DNA from: an uncultured Planctomycetia bacterium
Lineage (GTDB): Bacteria; Omnitrophota; Gorgyraeia; Duberdicusellales; 4484-171
DNA: 64,000 nt
Reading direction: 5' to 3'
NCBI GenBank assembly: GCA_964629655.1
Contig: CAZVQU010000001.1
Coordinates: 164,056 to 228,055, forward strand
Numbering within the stretch: the stretch's first letter is position 1; the number at the start of each line of letters is the position of its first letter. Under the pieces are notes generated by a model. That model had not been told where the DNA came from and made no database searches. It saw only the letters and a list, made by a program, of their open reading frames with translations. The position numbers and the translations under genes were made by a program. This document shows, piece after piece, positions 44,747 to 54,625 of the stretch.

Positions 44747-45349
44747 TTATTTCTTAGAAACAAAAGGATTATCCTTAATGTAGAATCGTAAAGGCAAATT
44801 TTTGGATTTAGCCGCGTAATCAACGCCGACTCTCTTTGCTTTAACTATAGTAAAGTTTTTATTGGCTGGTGAAGAGATAAAAATATCTTTAGATACAACT
44901 TCTCGGCCTAAGAAGCTCTTATTAATCGAAAAACTTTGAGTCCAACGACAAGGACCATTAGTCAGCTTCTCTACTCTCTCTACACCTCTTCTTTTTTTCA
45001 TCAACTCTATACCCTGGACAGGCTCAATCGCTCTTATAAATACTGCTTGAGGATCGTCCTTCTTGGAAACTACAATATTAAAACACCAGAATTTGCCATA
45101 AATAAGGTAGACATATATAAGGCCTCCCTGGCTATAGATGATCTTATTACGGGCAGTAATTCGTCCCCCAAAACTATGAGAAGCATCATCACCTATGCCT
45201 AAGTAAGCTTCAGTTTCAACTATTTTTCCAATTAAGGTCTGTTTTTTTGTTTTAAGGGTTAAATAATCACCGAGGATATTCTTGGCTACGTATTTCCCTT
45301 GGCGGTAAAAAAAGGCTTTAGTTCTCCTCTTGGCTCTCGGCTTCTTCAT
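44747..45349 (-). CDS. mpg: DNA-3-methyladenine glycosylase (AAG/Mpg family)
   Basis: 200 aa, GKIVETEAYLG...GLIYVYLIYG. Confidence 0.8.
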   Translation of the reverse strand: MKKPRAKRRTKAFFYRQGKYVAKNILGDYLTLKTKKQTLIGKIVETEAYLGIGDDASHSFGGRITARNKIIYSQGGLIYVYLIYGKFWCFNIVVSKKDDPQAVFIRAIEPVQGIELMKKRRGVERVEKLTNGPCRWTQSFSINKSFLGREVVSKDIFISSPANKNFTIVKAKRVGVDYAAKSKNLPLRFYIKDNPFVSKK

Positions 45350-45692
45350 ATCTAGAGCTGCTCCAGCCTCTGAGACGATTGCCCCTAAAGAATAGATCTA
45401 CTTTTTCGTCCTCATACATCCAATTCTCATAACCATCCAGCTCCATCTTAGTCTTGGTAGGAAAGCCAATCTTAAAAACAATATCTTTCTTGGTATCCCC
45501 AAAGATTAAAGCTATATCTTCACCAACCACGCGGTAACTCTTCTTATCAACACCCTGGCCAAAGCCATTTCTTACACCGACCACAAAACTTCCATCCCTT
45601 GTGCAGGTATAATCTCTCATTTGCGCACAGCCATAGGTAGAAAATAAAACCAAAATAAGAAAACCTCGGGTAATCTTGCGAATATCTTTCAT
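45318..45692 (-). CDS. Hypothetical lipoprotein
   Basis: Start chosen at MKDIRKITRGFLILVLFSTYGCAQ (lipobox). No recognisable domain. Confidence 0.4.
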   Translation of the reverse strand: MKDIRKITRGFLILVLFSTYGCAQMRDYTCTRDGSFVVGVRNGFGQGVDKKSYRVVGEDIALIFGDTKKDIVFKIGFPTKTKMELDGYENWMYEDEKVDLFFRGNRLRGWSSSRYEEAESQEEN

Positions 45693-45744
45693 TTCAACTC
45701 CCTGCCTGCCGAGAAGCAGACCTAATGTCAATATAATCGAATTA

Positions 45745-46368
45745 CTATTTTTTATCCCTTATAAACAAAAGTGGAAATATTATATCACTAACGCAACAAG
45801 GAATCCATACTGCTAAAAATAGAAACATACACACAGTGCCATAATAAGTCCAGCCCAAAGGTTGGCCTCCAGCCATAATTATGTGAAAAAGTGACGCCCA
45901 GGTACTTAATAACACATGTCCGTAGTGTGAAAATTTAGTTGATGGCCGAAAATAGGCTATGGCAATTCCAATTATTGCTAAAGGATTTACAAGCCACCAC
46001 TTCTCAATAAAACCAGCGTGGACTTCGCGATGAGGCATCTTAAGCAGAGCCTCTCCAAAATAGGGAATTATCGAGTCACTTAAAGTGGCTATGCCTACTG
46101 CACCAAAATAACCAATCACCAGCAGAACAGGAAGGCTGCACATCTTCCTTTCAACCGGGCATTTATGTAGCTCATACATAGAAGCTGTAGCTAAAGCACT
46201 TAATAATATATGCACCGGATGAAAAACGTAAAAAAGATTGTAAGAAATCTTTGGCGAAATATTGCGGAAAATAATCATGACAGCAATTCCGGTAATTGCA
46301 CCAAAAGCTGTAAAAGGAGCATGATGCCTTAGCTCTTCATGTATTCTCTTAAATACTTCATTTTTCAT
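45745..46368 (-). CDS. Hypothetical polytopic membrane protein rich in conserved His
   Basis: 207 aa with about 5 TM segments. His clusters HEELRHH, HPVH and HYGH. Confidence 0.4.
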   Translation of the reverse strand: MKNEVFKRIHEELRHHAPFTAFGAITGIAVMIIFRNISPKISYNLFYVFHPVHILLSALATASMYELHKCPVERKMCSLPVLLVIGYFGAVGIATLSDSIIPYFGEALLKMPHREVHAGFIEKWWLVNPLAIIGIAIAYFRPSTKFSHYGHVLLSTWASLFHIIMAGGQPLGWTYYGTVCMFLFLAVWIPCCVSDIIFPLLFIRDKK

Positions 46369-46384
46369 GTTTTTTCCTTAAAAA

Positions 46385-47092
46385 CTATAACTGAAATTCT
46401 TGGCCAACCTTTACATCCCAGAAATTTTCGGCATAAACTTGCTTAAAGATATTCATCGCCTCAAATCCTGTACAATGCGAAGGTCCAACATTCTCTACAC
46501 CTAGGTTTTTTAACTCTTCTGTAAGATATTTTATAACTCTATTATCTTCATCAATAAGATGAAATCCACCAAGAACAGCATATATCTTATCTTGGGGAAA
46601 CTCTTTTTTTACTTTCTCAATAAATTTAATAACTCCCGGATGAGAACAGCCACAGATAACAGAAATACCTTTACCTGTCTTTGCTAACAAGGCTTGCTCC
46701 TCTATCTCCCTATCTTTGTAGCGCCCATTAAATGGTCCAGTTGTATAAATATTATCGCAAATTTCAAAAAAACTATCAACTACTTTAAGATTGTAGGAAA
46801 TAAACTTCTCCTTAAATTCTCTAGCAAAATCTGAACAAGCGAAAATCTCGATATCTTTATTAATACTTAAAAGATCCCAAAGCCCGCCAGTATGGTCCCA
46901 ATGGTTATGGGAAACAACAACTCTTTCTATTGCCTCTATATCTACATCGAAAGCCTTTAGGTTTTTTAGGGTATGCTCTCCCCTTTCCCCGGTGTCGAAT
47001 AAGGTTTTATCATCAATCATACAGGAAGTACCCCAGCCACAGGAATACTTATCTTCAAATTTTTCTTTGTCAAAAATTATCTTAATTCTCAT
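46385..47092 (-). CDS. MBL-fold metallo-hydrolase
   Basis: 235 aa with the HxHxDH motif (VVVSHNHWDHTGG). Confidence 0.7.
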   Translation of the reverse strand: MRIKIIFDKEKFEDKYSCGWGTSCMIDDKTLFDTGERGEHTLKNLKAFDVDIEAIERVVVSHNHWDHTGGLWDLLSINKDIEIFACSDFAREFKEKFISYNLKVVDSFFEICDNIYTTGPFNGRYKDREIEEQALLAKTGKGISVICGCSHPGVIKFIEKVKKEFPQDKIYAVLGGFHLIDEDNRVIKYLTEELKNLGVENVGPSHCTGFEAMNIFKQVYAENFWDVKVGQEFQL

Positions 47093-47101
47093 TTTCTAAA
47101 A

Positions 47102-47764
47102 TTATTTACTATACTTTCTTTCACCAAAGATTGCTGTTCCGACCCTGACCAAGTTAGCTCCTTCCTCTATGGCTATTCCGTATGATGTACTCATGCCCAT
47201 AGAAAGATATCTCCACTCTAATTTTCCCCGGCAATTACCTTTAATCTTATCAAATAAATCTTTTGTTTTTTTAAAAAAAGGTCTCAGCTCCTGGGGGTTA
47301 TTCAACCAAGGCCCCATGGTCATAAGTCCCATAGGTTTTAAATTAGCAAATTGCAAGATCTTACCAAGAAGTCGCTCAACATCTTCAGCTAAGACCCCTT
47401 GCTTCTGAGGCTCATTGGCAGAGTTAACTTCAATTAAGACCGGCATAACTTTATTTATTTTTCTACACTCCTCATCTAGCACTTCAGCTAAAGCTAAAGA
47501 ATCAAGGGTTTCAATCATATCAAATATTTTTACTCCTCTTCTAACCTTATTCTTCTGAAGGTGGCCGATAAAATGCCACCTGACTTTATTACCTAAAACG
47601 GCAAATTTCTCCTGAGCTTGCCTTACGTAGTTCTCACCGAATATTTTTACTCCCGCCTCGAAAGCTTCAACAATCTCAGCTGCACTCCGCTCCTTGCTAG
47701 CTGCGACTAACTCTACGCCCCCCGGCAGGTCTTCTAAGACTTTCTTAACATTATCTTTAATCAT
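47102..47764 (-). CDS. yggS: PLP-homeostasis protein YggS family
   Basis: 220 aa, LVAASKERSA...WHFIGHLQKNK. Confidence 0.85.
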   Translation of the reverse strand: MIKDNVKKVLEDLPGGVELVAASKERSAAEIVEAFEAGVKIFGENYVRQAQEKFAVLGNKVRWHFIGHLQKNKVRRGVKIFDMIETLDSLALAEVLDEECRKINKVMPVLIEVNSANEPQKQGVLAEDVERLLGKILQFANLKPMGLMTMGPWLNNPQELRPFFKKTKDLFDKIKGNCRGKLEWRYLSMGMSTSYGIAIEEGANLVRVGTAIFGERKYSK

Positions 47765-48695
47765 TAGCTATGAAGTGTTTTATTCCTCTGATTCTGCTCA
47801 TCTTTATCAGTTTCTTTGCCAGGAGTAAAGAAAGCTGTTTGTTCACCTGGCTGGAACTGGCAGCCAAAGAATTTAGCAAATCTTCTAAGCTCCCCGGCCT
47901 AACTCTTAAAAAGTTTAAGATATCTTTCTTCAAGTTTCCAGGAGTCCTGTTACTTCTTCCCTTGAGAGAGAATTTAACCACAACCTTAGAACTTTTGCCT
48001 AAAACTTTCTTTATCATCTCTATTTTACTTTCCCTCGGCAAAGATATCTTTACCCCGGCCGGCCTTACTGGAAGATTGAGCTGAATCTTATCAGGATTTA
48101 TTCTTTTTATGATTTCTCTAAATTTCTCTATTTCGCCCTTACTATCGTTTATTCCGGAGATAAGCATTATTTCTAGCCAAATTTTACCCTTGAACTCTTT
48201 TCTCAAGCTAATAAGGCCACTGACTATTTTTTTAAGAGTTACTCCCTTAAGCGGACGATTGATTTTAGAAAATGTTTTCTCGCTAGCCGCATCTAGAGAA
48301 GGGACGATTAAGTCTGCCATTTTTAGCTCATCTCTGACCCCCTTTCTGTAGAGAAGGGATGAATTAGTAATTACAGCTACTGGATACTTATTTCGGGTAA
48401 CTTTTTTTATAGTAGCAATTATCTTATCTAAGCCCTTATGCAAGGTTGGTTCTCCGGACCCAGAGATAGTTATATAATTAATCTCAGGGTTCCTGTTAAT
48501 AATCTCTCCTAAATCCTCTTTGAATTTTGAAAGCTTAAGGGAAGAGAACCTTTTTGCAGTTTTTTTACTGCTTAAACCTAATTGGCAATATAGACAATTA
48601 AAAGAACATGTCTTCTTGGGAAGCAAATCTACCCCTAAAGAAAAACCTAATCTTCTTGAAGGAACTGGGCCGTAAAAATAGCTCTTTATTGACAT
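47757..48695 (-). CDS. Radical SAM protein (unassigned family)
   Basis: 312 aa. N-terminal GPVPSRRLGFSLGVDLLPKKTCSFNCLYC, a CxxxCxxC cluster. Confidence 0.7.
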   Translation of the reverse strand: MSIKSYFYGPVPSRRLGFSLGVDLLPKKTCSFNCLYCQLGLSSKKTAKRFSSLKLSKFKEDLGEIINRNPEINYITISGSGEPTLHKGLDKIIATIKKVTRNKYPVAVITNSSLLYRKGVRDELKMADLIVPSLDAASEKTFSKINRPLKGVTLKKIVSGLISLRKEFKGKIWLEIMLISGINDSKGEIEKFREIIKRINPDKIQLNLPVRPAGVKISLPRESKIEMIKKVLGKSSKVVVKFSLKGRSNRTPGNLKKDILNFLRVRPGSLEDLLNSLAASSSQVNKQLSLLLAKKLIKMSRIRGIKHFIAND

Positions 48696-49711
48696 CGCCT
48701 AAATTCTTTTAAGGCCAGTTTGAGATTGTTTAAGTGGGTGCGGGTAGTAAGGAGGGTGAAATCCTCGGTATCGATGAAAAAAACATCCTCTAGGCCTAAA
48801 ACCATAGTTTTTTTCTTCAAACTATCCGTATAAATTAGGTTATTCTTAGCATCGCGAATAAAGGAATTGCCTCTGGTTGCATTACCCTTCTTATCTTTGG
48901 CCAAAACCTCATAGATTGCCAACCAAGAACCAAAGTCTTTCCATGAGAAATTCCCTTTAACCATTTTAGCTTTTTTTGTCTTCTCCATTATTGCTTTATC
49001 AAAAGGAATATTGCTTATTTTCTTATAAAGAGAAGAAATTCTCTTAGCCTTAAAGCAACTGTTAAAATACTTATAATCAGAGTAATACTTCTCATACTCA
49101 TCAATTAGGGTAGACACAGTTGCAATAAACATCCCGCTATTATAAAAACAACTTCCTGAAGAAATAAGCTTTTTTGCACAAGGTACTGTTGGCTTTTCAA
49201 TAAACTTCTTTACTGAAAAAATACCCTTTTTAGCTGCTCCCTTTAGTTGAATATAGCCAAAATTCGGTGTAGGTGAAGATGGCTTTATGCCTAAGGTACA
49301 TATCCAACCATCTTGGGCTGCTACCAAAGATTTCTTCAGGGTCCGGTAAAACTCTGTCTCATTTTTTATAAGGGTGTCTACCGGTGAAATAATTAGATTC
49401 CTTCTGGAATGCTTTTGCAAATGATGTAAAGATAAAAGAATTGCAGCCGCAGTATTTTTACTGGCTGGTTCAAAGAAAATATTATTCTTTTTAATTAATT
49501 TTACTTTCGCCAGCTCTTTTCTTTCTGCCTGATTGGCAACTAAAAATATATTATCTCGGGTGGTTATCTTTAAAAATCTCTTTATGGTAAGCTCTAAGGG
49601 AGAGAAGCCAAAAATATCTAAGAAATTCTTGCTCACCTTCCGAGATAATGGCCAAAGCCGCAATGACCTTCCCCCGCAAAGAATTAGAACTAACGGCTTA
49701 TTACTTAGCAC
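48686..49711 (-). CDS. Sugar-phosphate nucleotidyltransferase (mannose-1-phosphate guanylyltransferase-like)
   Basis: 341 aa. LVLILCGGRSLRLWPLSR glycosyltransferase-A-like N-terminus. Confidence 0.7.
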   Translation of the reverse strand: MLSNKPLVLILCGGRSLRLWPLSRKVSKNFLDIFGFSPLELTIKRFLKITTRDNIFLVANQAERKELAKVKLIKKNNIFFEPASKNTAAAILLSLHHLQKHSRRNLIISPVDTLIKNETEFYRTLKKSLVAAQDGWICTLGIKPSSPTPNFGYIQLKGAAKKGIFSVKKFIEKPTVPCAKKLISSGSCFYNSGMFIATVSTLIDEYEKYYSDYKYFNSCFKAKRISSLYKKISNIPFDKAIMEKTKKAKMVKGNFSWKDFGSWLAIYEVLAKDKKGNATRGNSFIRDAKNNLIYTDSLKKKTMVLGLEDVFFIDTEDFTLLTTRTHLNNLKLALKEFRRCQ

Positions 49712-51155
49712 TCATCTCCCTTGTTTGTTTCGAAAAATACCCTCCGGTATAACCATCAATAATCGCAGTTAGCTCTGCCAATCTTAGCTTCTTTTTAAAT
49801 AAATCCTCCTCTGACAAGGAAGCACTAGCAAGCTCCCTCCTCAAGCGTACCCTTTCAAAATATACTCTGTTTATTTCATCAAGAATATCCAGCCGCAACT
49901 GGGTGTTAAGACGGGCCCGGGTATCGACATCGTCCTCATAGGAATTCCAAAGTAAATCGCCGACATTCCAGGAAAAAGAAACTCCCCAATCATAAGGTCC
50001 TGTATAATATCTATCAGCACCACTATCATAATTAATTGTCTTATCATAATCGACATTAACCGAGGGACATAACCCTCTGTATTTTAAACCAGTCCTCCAC
50101 TTTTTTATCTTGTCAGGATGAACCTCATTGTAAAATAAGGCTGCTTCTTGGATTTCACCTACCGAAGGCTCTCCTTCTAAGACCACTCCTAGATTATTTT
50201 TGGAATAAACTGATGAAAAATAATCATTTTCAAATAAGCCTTTAGGTGTCGCTAAATAAATTCTGCCCTCAGGAGTAAATTCTATCCAGGAAACATAAGA
50301 GGAATGCAACCCCTCAAAAATCTGTTTAGATGTGTTTCTCCTCAAATCAACCATAAAAAATCCTTTAGTAGTACCTAGATAAATAGCATTAGCCTGTAAT
50401 TTTGTCTGGGTAAAACAATTAACAGAAAGATTGTCTATCCCTGATATATACAGTTTTCTCCAATTAGCCCCCTTATCTTCGGAAATGAATAAGCCCTGGT
50501 TTGTCCCAAGCCAAAGATAACCTTTGTTCAAAATATCTGCCTTGATAATTTGAGATGATAGGCCTTCTTCACCTACAGCTTCTTCTTTTCTCATTACAAA
50601 CAATCTCTTTACCTTTTTCTCATTCTTTAAGAGATAGGCGCCTCTTTCAGTGGCTAGATACAAATTATCCCCGGATGGTTCTAGAAAATAAATAGAGAAA
50701 CCGCTGAAGGATTTTATTTTTCCCCAAATTAAACCATCTTCGGAAGCAAAACGTAGCCCTTGGCTTGTTCCGATATAGAGCAGCCCTCTGTGTTTCGCAG
50801 CCGTAAAGACTGACTCATCATCGGATGAGGAGAATAACTTCTCCAGCCTTTCCCTTAATCTGTAAAGGTGGCGGCTAGTAACGATATATACAGTACCGGC
50901 TAAGGAAGAATCAAAGAAGACATGCTGGACTTCTTCATCTTTAAATACTGCTAGCTTCTCAAATTTCTGGCCGCCATCTTGACTCTTATATAGAGAATTA
51001 TTTGAAGCAACACAAATAACTTTTGGATCAAAAGATGATATGATTACTCTTTTTACATTACCGCTTTCCAACCCTTGGACTGGCCTAAAAAGAGAAAAAC
51101 TGTTATGGAAAGGAATAAGCAAAAGAAAGGAAAGGAGAAGGATTATTTTTTTCAC
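49701..51155 (-). CDS. Secreted BNR/beta-propeller-like protein
   Basis: 484 aa. Signal peptide, then repeated S/T-x-D/N-G-G/A-x-W/F blades (SQDGGQKF, SEDKGANW). Confidence 0.5.
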   Translation of the reverse strand: MKKIILLLSFLLLIPFHNSFSLFRPVQGLESGNVKRVIISSFDPKVICVASNNSLYKSQDGGQKFEKLAVFKDEEVQHVFFDSSLAGTVYIVTSRHLYRLRERLEKLFSSSDDESVFTAAKHRGLLYIGTSQGLRFASEDGLIWGKIKSFSGFSIYFLEPSGDNLYLATERGAYLLKNEKKVKRLFVMRKEEAVGEEGLSSQIIKADILNKGYLWLGTNQGLFISEDKGANWRKLYISGIDNLSVNCFTQTKLQANAIYLGTTKGFFMVDLRRNTSKQIFEGLHSSYVSWIEFTPEGRIYLATPKGLFENDYFSSVYSKNNLGVVLEGEPSVGEIQEAALFYNEVHPDKIKKWRTGLKYRGLCPSVNVDYDKTINYDSGADRYYTGPYDWGVSFSWNVGDLLWNSYEDDVDTRARLNTQLRLDILDEINRVYFERVRLRRELASASLSEEDLFKKKLRLAELTAIIDGYTGGYFSKQTREMSAK

Positions 51156-51188
51156 TTATTTAACTAATAATTATTAACTAATAAAAAG

Positions 51189-51261
51189 TGCCGAGGAAGG
51201 GAGTCGAACCCCTGACGCAGGGATTTTCAGTCCCTCGCTCTACCGCCTGAGCTACCTCGGC
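51189..51261 (-). tRNA. tRNA-Phe (anticodon GAA), CCA not encoded
   Basis: GCCGAGG acceptor stem, anticodon loop CTGAAAA, T-loop TTCGACT. Confidence 0.85.
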
Positions 51262-51360
51262 AACAAATATTCACCAGTGTAAAGCAACCGGCAAACAAAA
51301 GAAAATTATAGCATAGAAACTCCGGTTGACAATATTTTTTTAAGATGACTTTTCCAATAT

Positions 51361-52482
51361 TTACAGGCTTATTTTGACCATGTTCCCGACTATTTTAGCA
51401 ATAGCAAGAGATGCTGTTAAGCCTGGAGATTCAATGCCAATAAGGTTTATAAAACCGCTAAAACCATTGTTAGACTCATCTTCTACAATGAAGTCTCTAA
51501 AGCCTTGACCCGGTCCCTGAAGCTTTGCTCGTATACCTGAGGTATCTGGCCCTAAATCCTCAAGCTTAATGAAAGGAAGAAGCGTTTTAACATCATCATA
51601 AAAAATCTCTTTCTTTGACTGATCAATATCGTAGCAGACCTTATCTACATATTCATCATCAGGGCCCAGGCGCAGGCCCCGGCCTAAATCCAAAGTAGCA
51701 TGTATACCTAGACTTAAGGCTTCTGTTTTCGGAAAAGGGTATATTAATCTATTAATAAGCTTTGCTTTGTTATTATGCACCCTAAAGTAATCTCCTTTGC
51801 AATATTTTATTCTGTACTCATCCTTCTTAATTCCAACCATCTCTGCCACTTTGTCTGAGTTGAACCCGGAAGCATTGATAACCACCCGGGCAGAAAAACT
51901 AAATAATCCGCCGGTATCCTCTACTGAAACTTTAAAGCCATCGCTAACCTTATCTACTCCAACCACCTCTGCATTGTAGGCTATCTGGCCACCTCTGTCC
52001 CTAAATTCTGAAAGTAAATTTTTCATTAAACTATGGGAATCAATAATGCCAGTAGAAGGCGAAGAAATAGCCGCTTCAGCATTTATATTGGGTTCGATCT
52101 TTTTTATCTCTTCCTTAGAGATAATTTTTAAATCCTCTACTCCGCTCTCTAAACCATTTTCTAAAAGCTTCTCTAGCCCTTCCCTTTCATTATTATTATT
52201 AGTTATAGCAATAAGCTTACCGATTCTCTTATGTCCAACATTATTCTTCTGACAATACTCATAGAGGAGTTTCTTCCCTCTAAGACAAGTCTTTGCCTTC
52301 AAAGAATCTTTTGGGTAATAGATTCCGGCATGGATTACTTCGCTATTTCTTGAGCTTGTTTCCTGACCAAAGGAAGGATTTTTTTCAATTACCAGGATAT
52401 CTTTATGATTTTTGGAAAGTTGCCTAGCTACAGCTAAGCCAATAACCCCTGCACCAACGATGACGATCTCAACTCTATCCAT
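51361..52482 (-). CDS. FAD-dependent oxidoreductase (L-2-hydroxyglutarate oxidase/GlpA-like)
   Basis: 373 aa. The N-terminal VIVGAGVIGLAVARQL is a dinucleotide-binding motif. Confidence 0.7.
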   Translation of the reverse strand: MDRVEIVIVGAGVIGLAVARQLSKNHKDILVIEKNPSFGQETSSRNSEVIHAGIYYPKDSLKAKTCLRGKKLLYEYCQKNNVGHKRIGKLIAITNNNNEREGLEKLLENGLESGVEDLKIISKEEIKKIEPNINAEAAISSPSTGIIDSHSLMKNLLSEFRDRGGQIAYNAEVVGVDKVSDGFKVSVEDTGGLFSFSARVVINASGFNSDKVAEMVGIKKDEYRIKYCKGDYFRVHNNKAKLINRLIYPFPKTEALSLGIHATLDLGRGLRLGPDDEYVDKVCYDIDQSKKEIFYDDVKTLLPFIKLEDLGPDTSGIRAKLQGPGQGFRDFIVEDESNNGFSGFINLIGIESPGLTASLAIAKIVGNMVKISL

Positions 52483-52506
52483 AATATCGATAGCATAGTT
52501 TGCAAA

Positions 52507-52734
52507 CTACTGCTCACTCTTAAACTCAGCAATTATTCTCTTAGCTTCTTCTACATCATCTTCCAAAACTTTTATCTCTCCCTTCCCAATTGAAGGCTGA
52601 AAGATTGAGTATACCGAGGTAGCTTGATAGTAAAAAACATCTACGGAAATATTATTCTCCTTTAAGATTGCTTCCAATTGCGGGGCTTCTAAATCATCGA
52701 AGATGGTGTAAATCTTAATCCATTTTTTACTCAA
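52507..52734 (-). CDS. Small DUF2007-like protein
   Basis: 75 aa. No catalytic motif. Confidence 0.4.
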   Translation of the reverse strand: MSKKWIKIYTIFDDLEAPQLEAILKENNISVDVFYYQATSVYSIFQPSIGKGEIKVLEDDVEEAKRIIAEFKSEQ

Positions 52735-53161
52735 GGCTAGCCTCCTCTCCTGTCCTTATGCCTTCTACTTCTTCATCTTCAAAACAATTAAAGATTTTTG
52801 ATGCTGCAAACTCAGCAAGTGAGTAATTAAGAGAGGCTACCTCTACTTGAGTCTTACGGTTCTCTAACTCTGTAAAAAATATTGCCACCTCTGTTGATTC
52901 ACTACATTGCGGAAAAATTCTATTAAAGCCAATAATCACAAGAAAGCCTTCTTTCCTTCCTCCTCGATAGAAAGAAACTTCCATTTTGTTTAATTTTTGA
53001 TTAATTTGTGAATAGCAGGAGAAGAAATCTTTATCAAAGGTCTTGCTATAGACTTTACCCTGCTCCCTGAAACGCTTGGTTCCTGCTCCGAAGAGCCGAC
53101 TCAGCTCAAGCGGAGAGCAGCCTAGAAAAAAAAGAAGAAAAATAAGAATTAGCCTCTTCAT
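52727..53161 (-). CDS. Hypothetical lipoprotein
   Basis: 144 aa, LILIFLLFFLGCS lipobox. Confidence 0.4.
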   Translation of the reverse strand: MKRLILIFLLFFLGCSPLELSRLFGAGTKRFREQGKVYSKTFDKDFFSCYSQINQKLNKMEVSFYRGGRKEGFLVIIGFNRIFPQCSESTEVAIFFTELENRKTQVEVASLNYSLAEFAASKIFNCFEDEEVEGIRTGEEASLE

Positions 53162-53167
53162 CTACTC

Positions 53168-53440
53168 TTACCCTAATCTTTGGCTATCTTCCTTTCTGTA
53201 AACCAATACAACGATAAACACTATGGTGAAAAGAATAAGATTCGCAATATTGAATGTCCGCCAAACTAAATCTTCTGAAGCAAAGCCGTCAGGAGCCATC
53301 AAGACGAAACAAGTCCACACACCTGCTACCCAATATATACTGATATCCCGAGACGACTTTCGCTTGGCTATTCTCACAATCAGAGGTATATTCCATAAAG
53401 GTAGGATTATCGCCGCTAAGAGTGCTATTTTTTCTGCCAT
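53168..53440 (-). CDS. Small membrane protein
   Basis: 90 aa, 3 predicted TM helices. Confidence 0.35.
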   Translation of the reverse strand: MAEKIALLAAIILPLWNIPLIVRIAKRKSSRDISIYWVAGVWTCFVLMAPDGFASEDLVWRTFNIANLILFTIVFIVVLVYRKEDSQRLG

Positions 53441-53475
53441 TTAGTGGATTAGTTGTTAAAAGTATTTACTGGTAA

Positions 53476-54624
53476 TTAGGATTTTTTGGAGAAAGATTTA
53501 AGCGCTTTGAGATAATTATCGTAGTTAGAACTTATTTCCCCTAGAGCATCAGACCCAAATTTTTCCAAAAAGCTCTCTGTTAAAGCAATCGCTGACATAT
53601 TCTCAGCAATAAGAGCACAGGCAGCTATCGCACAAACATCTGAGCGCACAATTGGTGCCTTCTCGGTTTTCTTGTTAAGTATATTTACTGAATCAAGAGG
53701 TTTAGCTAATGTAGCAATTGGTTTCATGGCTAACCTTAAAACAATCGGCGACCCGGTAGAAATGCCGCCCTCGATACCACCAGAGTTATTAGTCCTTCTG
53801 ATAAATCCCTTGCCAGATTTATAATATATTGCATCGTGAGAAAGTGAGCCTCTCACTCTTGCATAATCAAAACCTAAACCTACCTCGACCCCTTTAACTG
53901 CCGGAATACTCATCAGATAAGAAGTAAGCTTAGCGTCTAGGCGCCGGTCAAAATGCATCGGGCAACCCAACCCCGGCACAACTCCCTCTATCCAAAGTTC
54001 AATTATCCCTCCTAAAGTATCTGAGGACTTAACGGCACATTCAATCTCCTTAATCATTAGTTTTTCTTTCTTATTATCAATGCAATTCAGCTTTGACTTC
54101 TTAATTCTACTGACAATATCACTTATATTTTTAGGACGCTTATTAGAAGAAATTCCGCCAACGCTTATAGTAAAACTAGCAGTCTTTATCCCGAAATTTA
54201 AGAGAAATTGTTTACATATCGCACCGGCACAAACCCTGGCTACTGTCTCTCTCGCTGAAGAACGCTCAAGTATATTCCTTATATCTGTTTCCTGATATTT
54301 TAATGCCCCGGCTAAATCAGCATGTGAAGGTCGCGGTACAGAGATAGGGGGCAAATTATCCTTACTTTGAGCGGATATCTTAGCGTCTTTGTTTTTAACT
54401 AACATCGCTATCGGACTACCTAAAGTTATTTTATTACGCAAACCAGAGACAATACTGACCTTATCTCGCTCTATAGACATCCGTTTCCCCCGGCCGAAAC
54501 CAGACATTCTCTTTTTTAACTCTTCATTGATGAATTTCTCATCAACCTTAAGGCCTTTGGGAAACCCCTCTAAGATAGTGGTAATACACTCCCCATGGGA
54601 TTCGCCAGCAGTTAGAATTCGCAT
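53476..54624 (-). CDS. aroC: Chorismate synthase
   Basis: 382 aa, MRILTAGESHGECITTILEG. Confidence 0.9.
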   Translation of the reverse strand: MRILTAGESHGECITTILEGFPKGLKVDEKFINEELKKRMSGFGRGKRMSIERDKVSIVSGLRNKITLGSPIAMLVKNKDAKISAQSKDNLPPISVPRPSHADLAGALKYQETDIRNILERSSARETVARVCAGAICKQFLLNFGIKTASFTISVGGISSNKRPKNISDIVSRIKKSKLNCIDNKKEKLMIKEIECAVKSSDTLGGIIELWIEGVVPGLGCPMHFDRRLDAKLTSYLMSIPAVKGVEVGLGFDYARVRGSLSHDAIYYKSGKGFIRRTNNSGGIEGGISTGSPIVLRLAMKPIATLAKPLDSVNILNKKTEKAPIVRSDVCAIAACALIAENMSAIALTESFLEKFGSDALGEISSNYDNYLKALKSFSKKS

Positions 54625-54625
54625 T

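Noticed and set aside
45745-46368. His-rich membrane protein as a metal transporter
   Set aside because: Only histidine clustering supports this. No CDF, ZIP or P-type motifs are recognisable.
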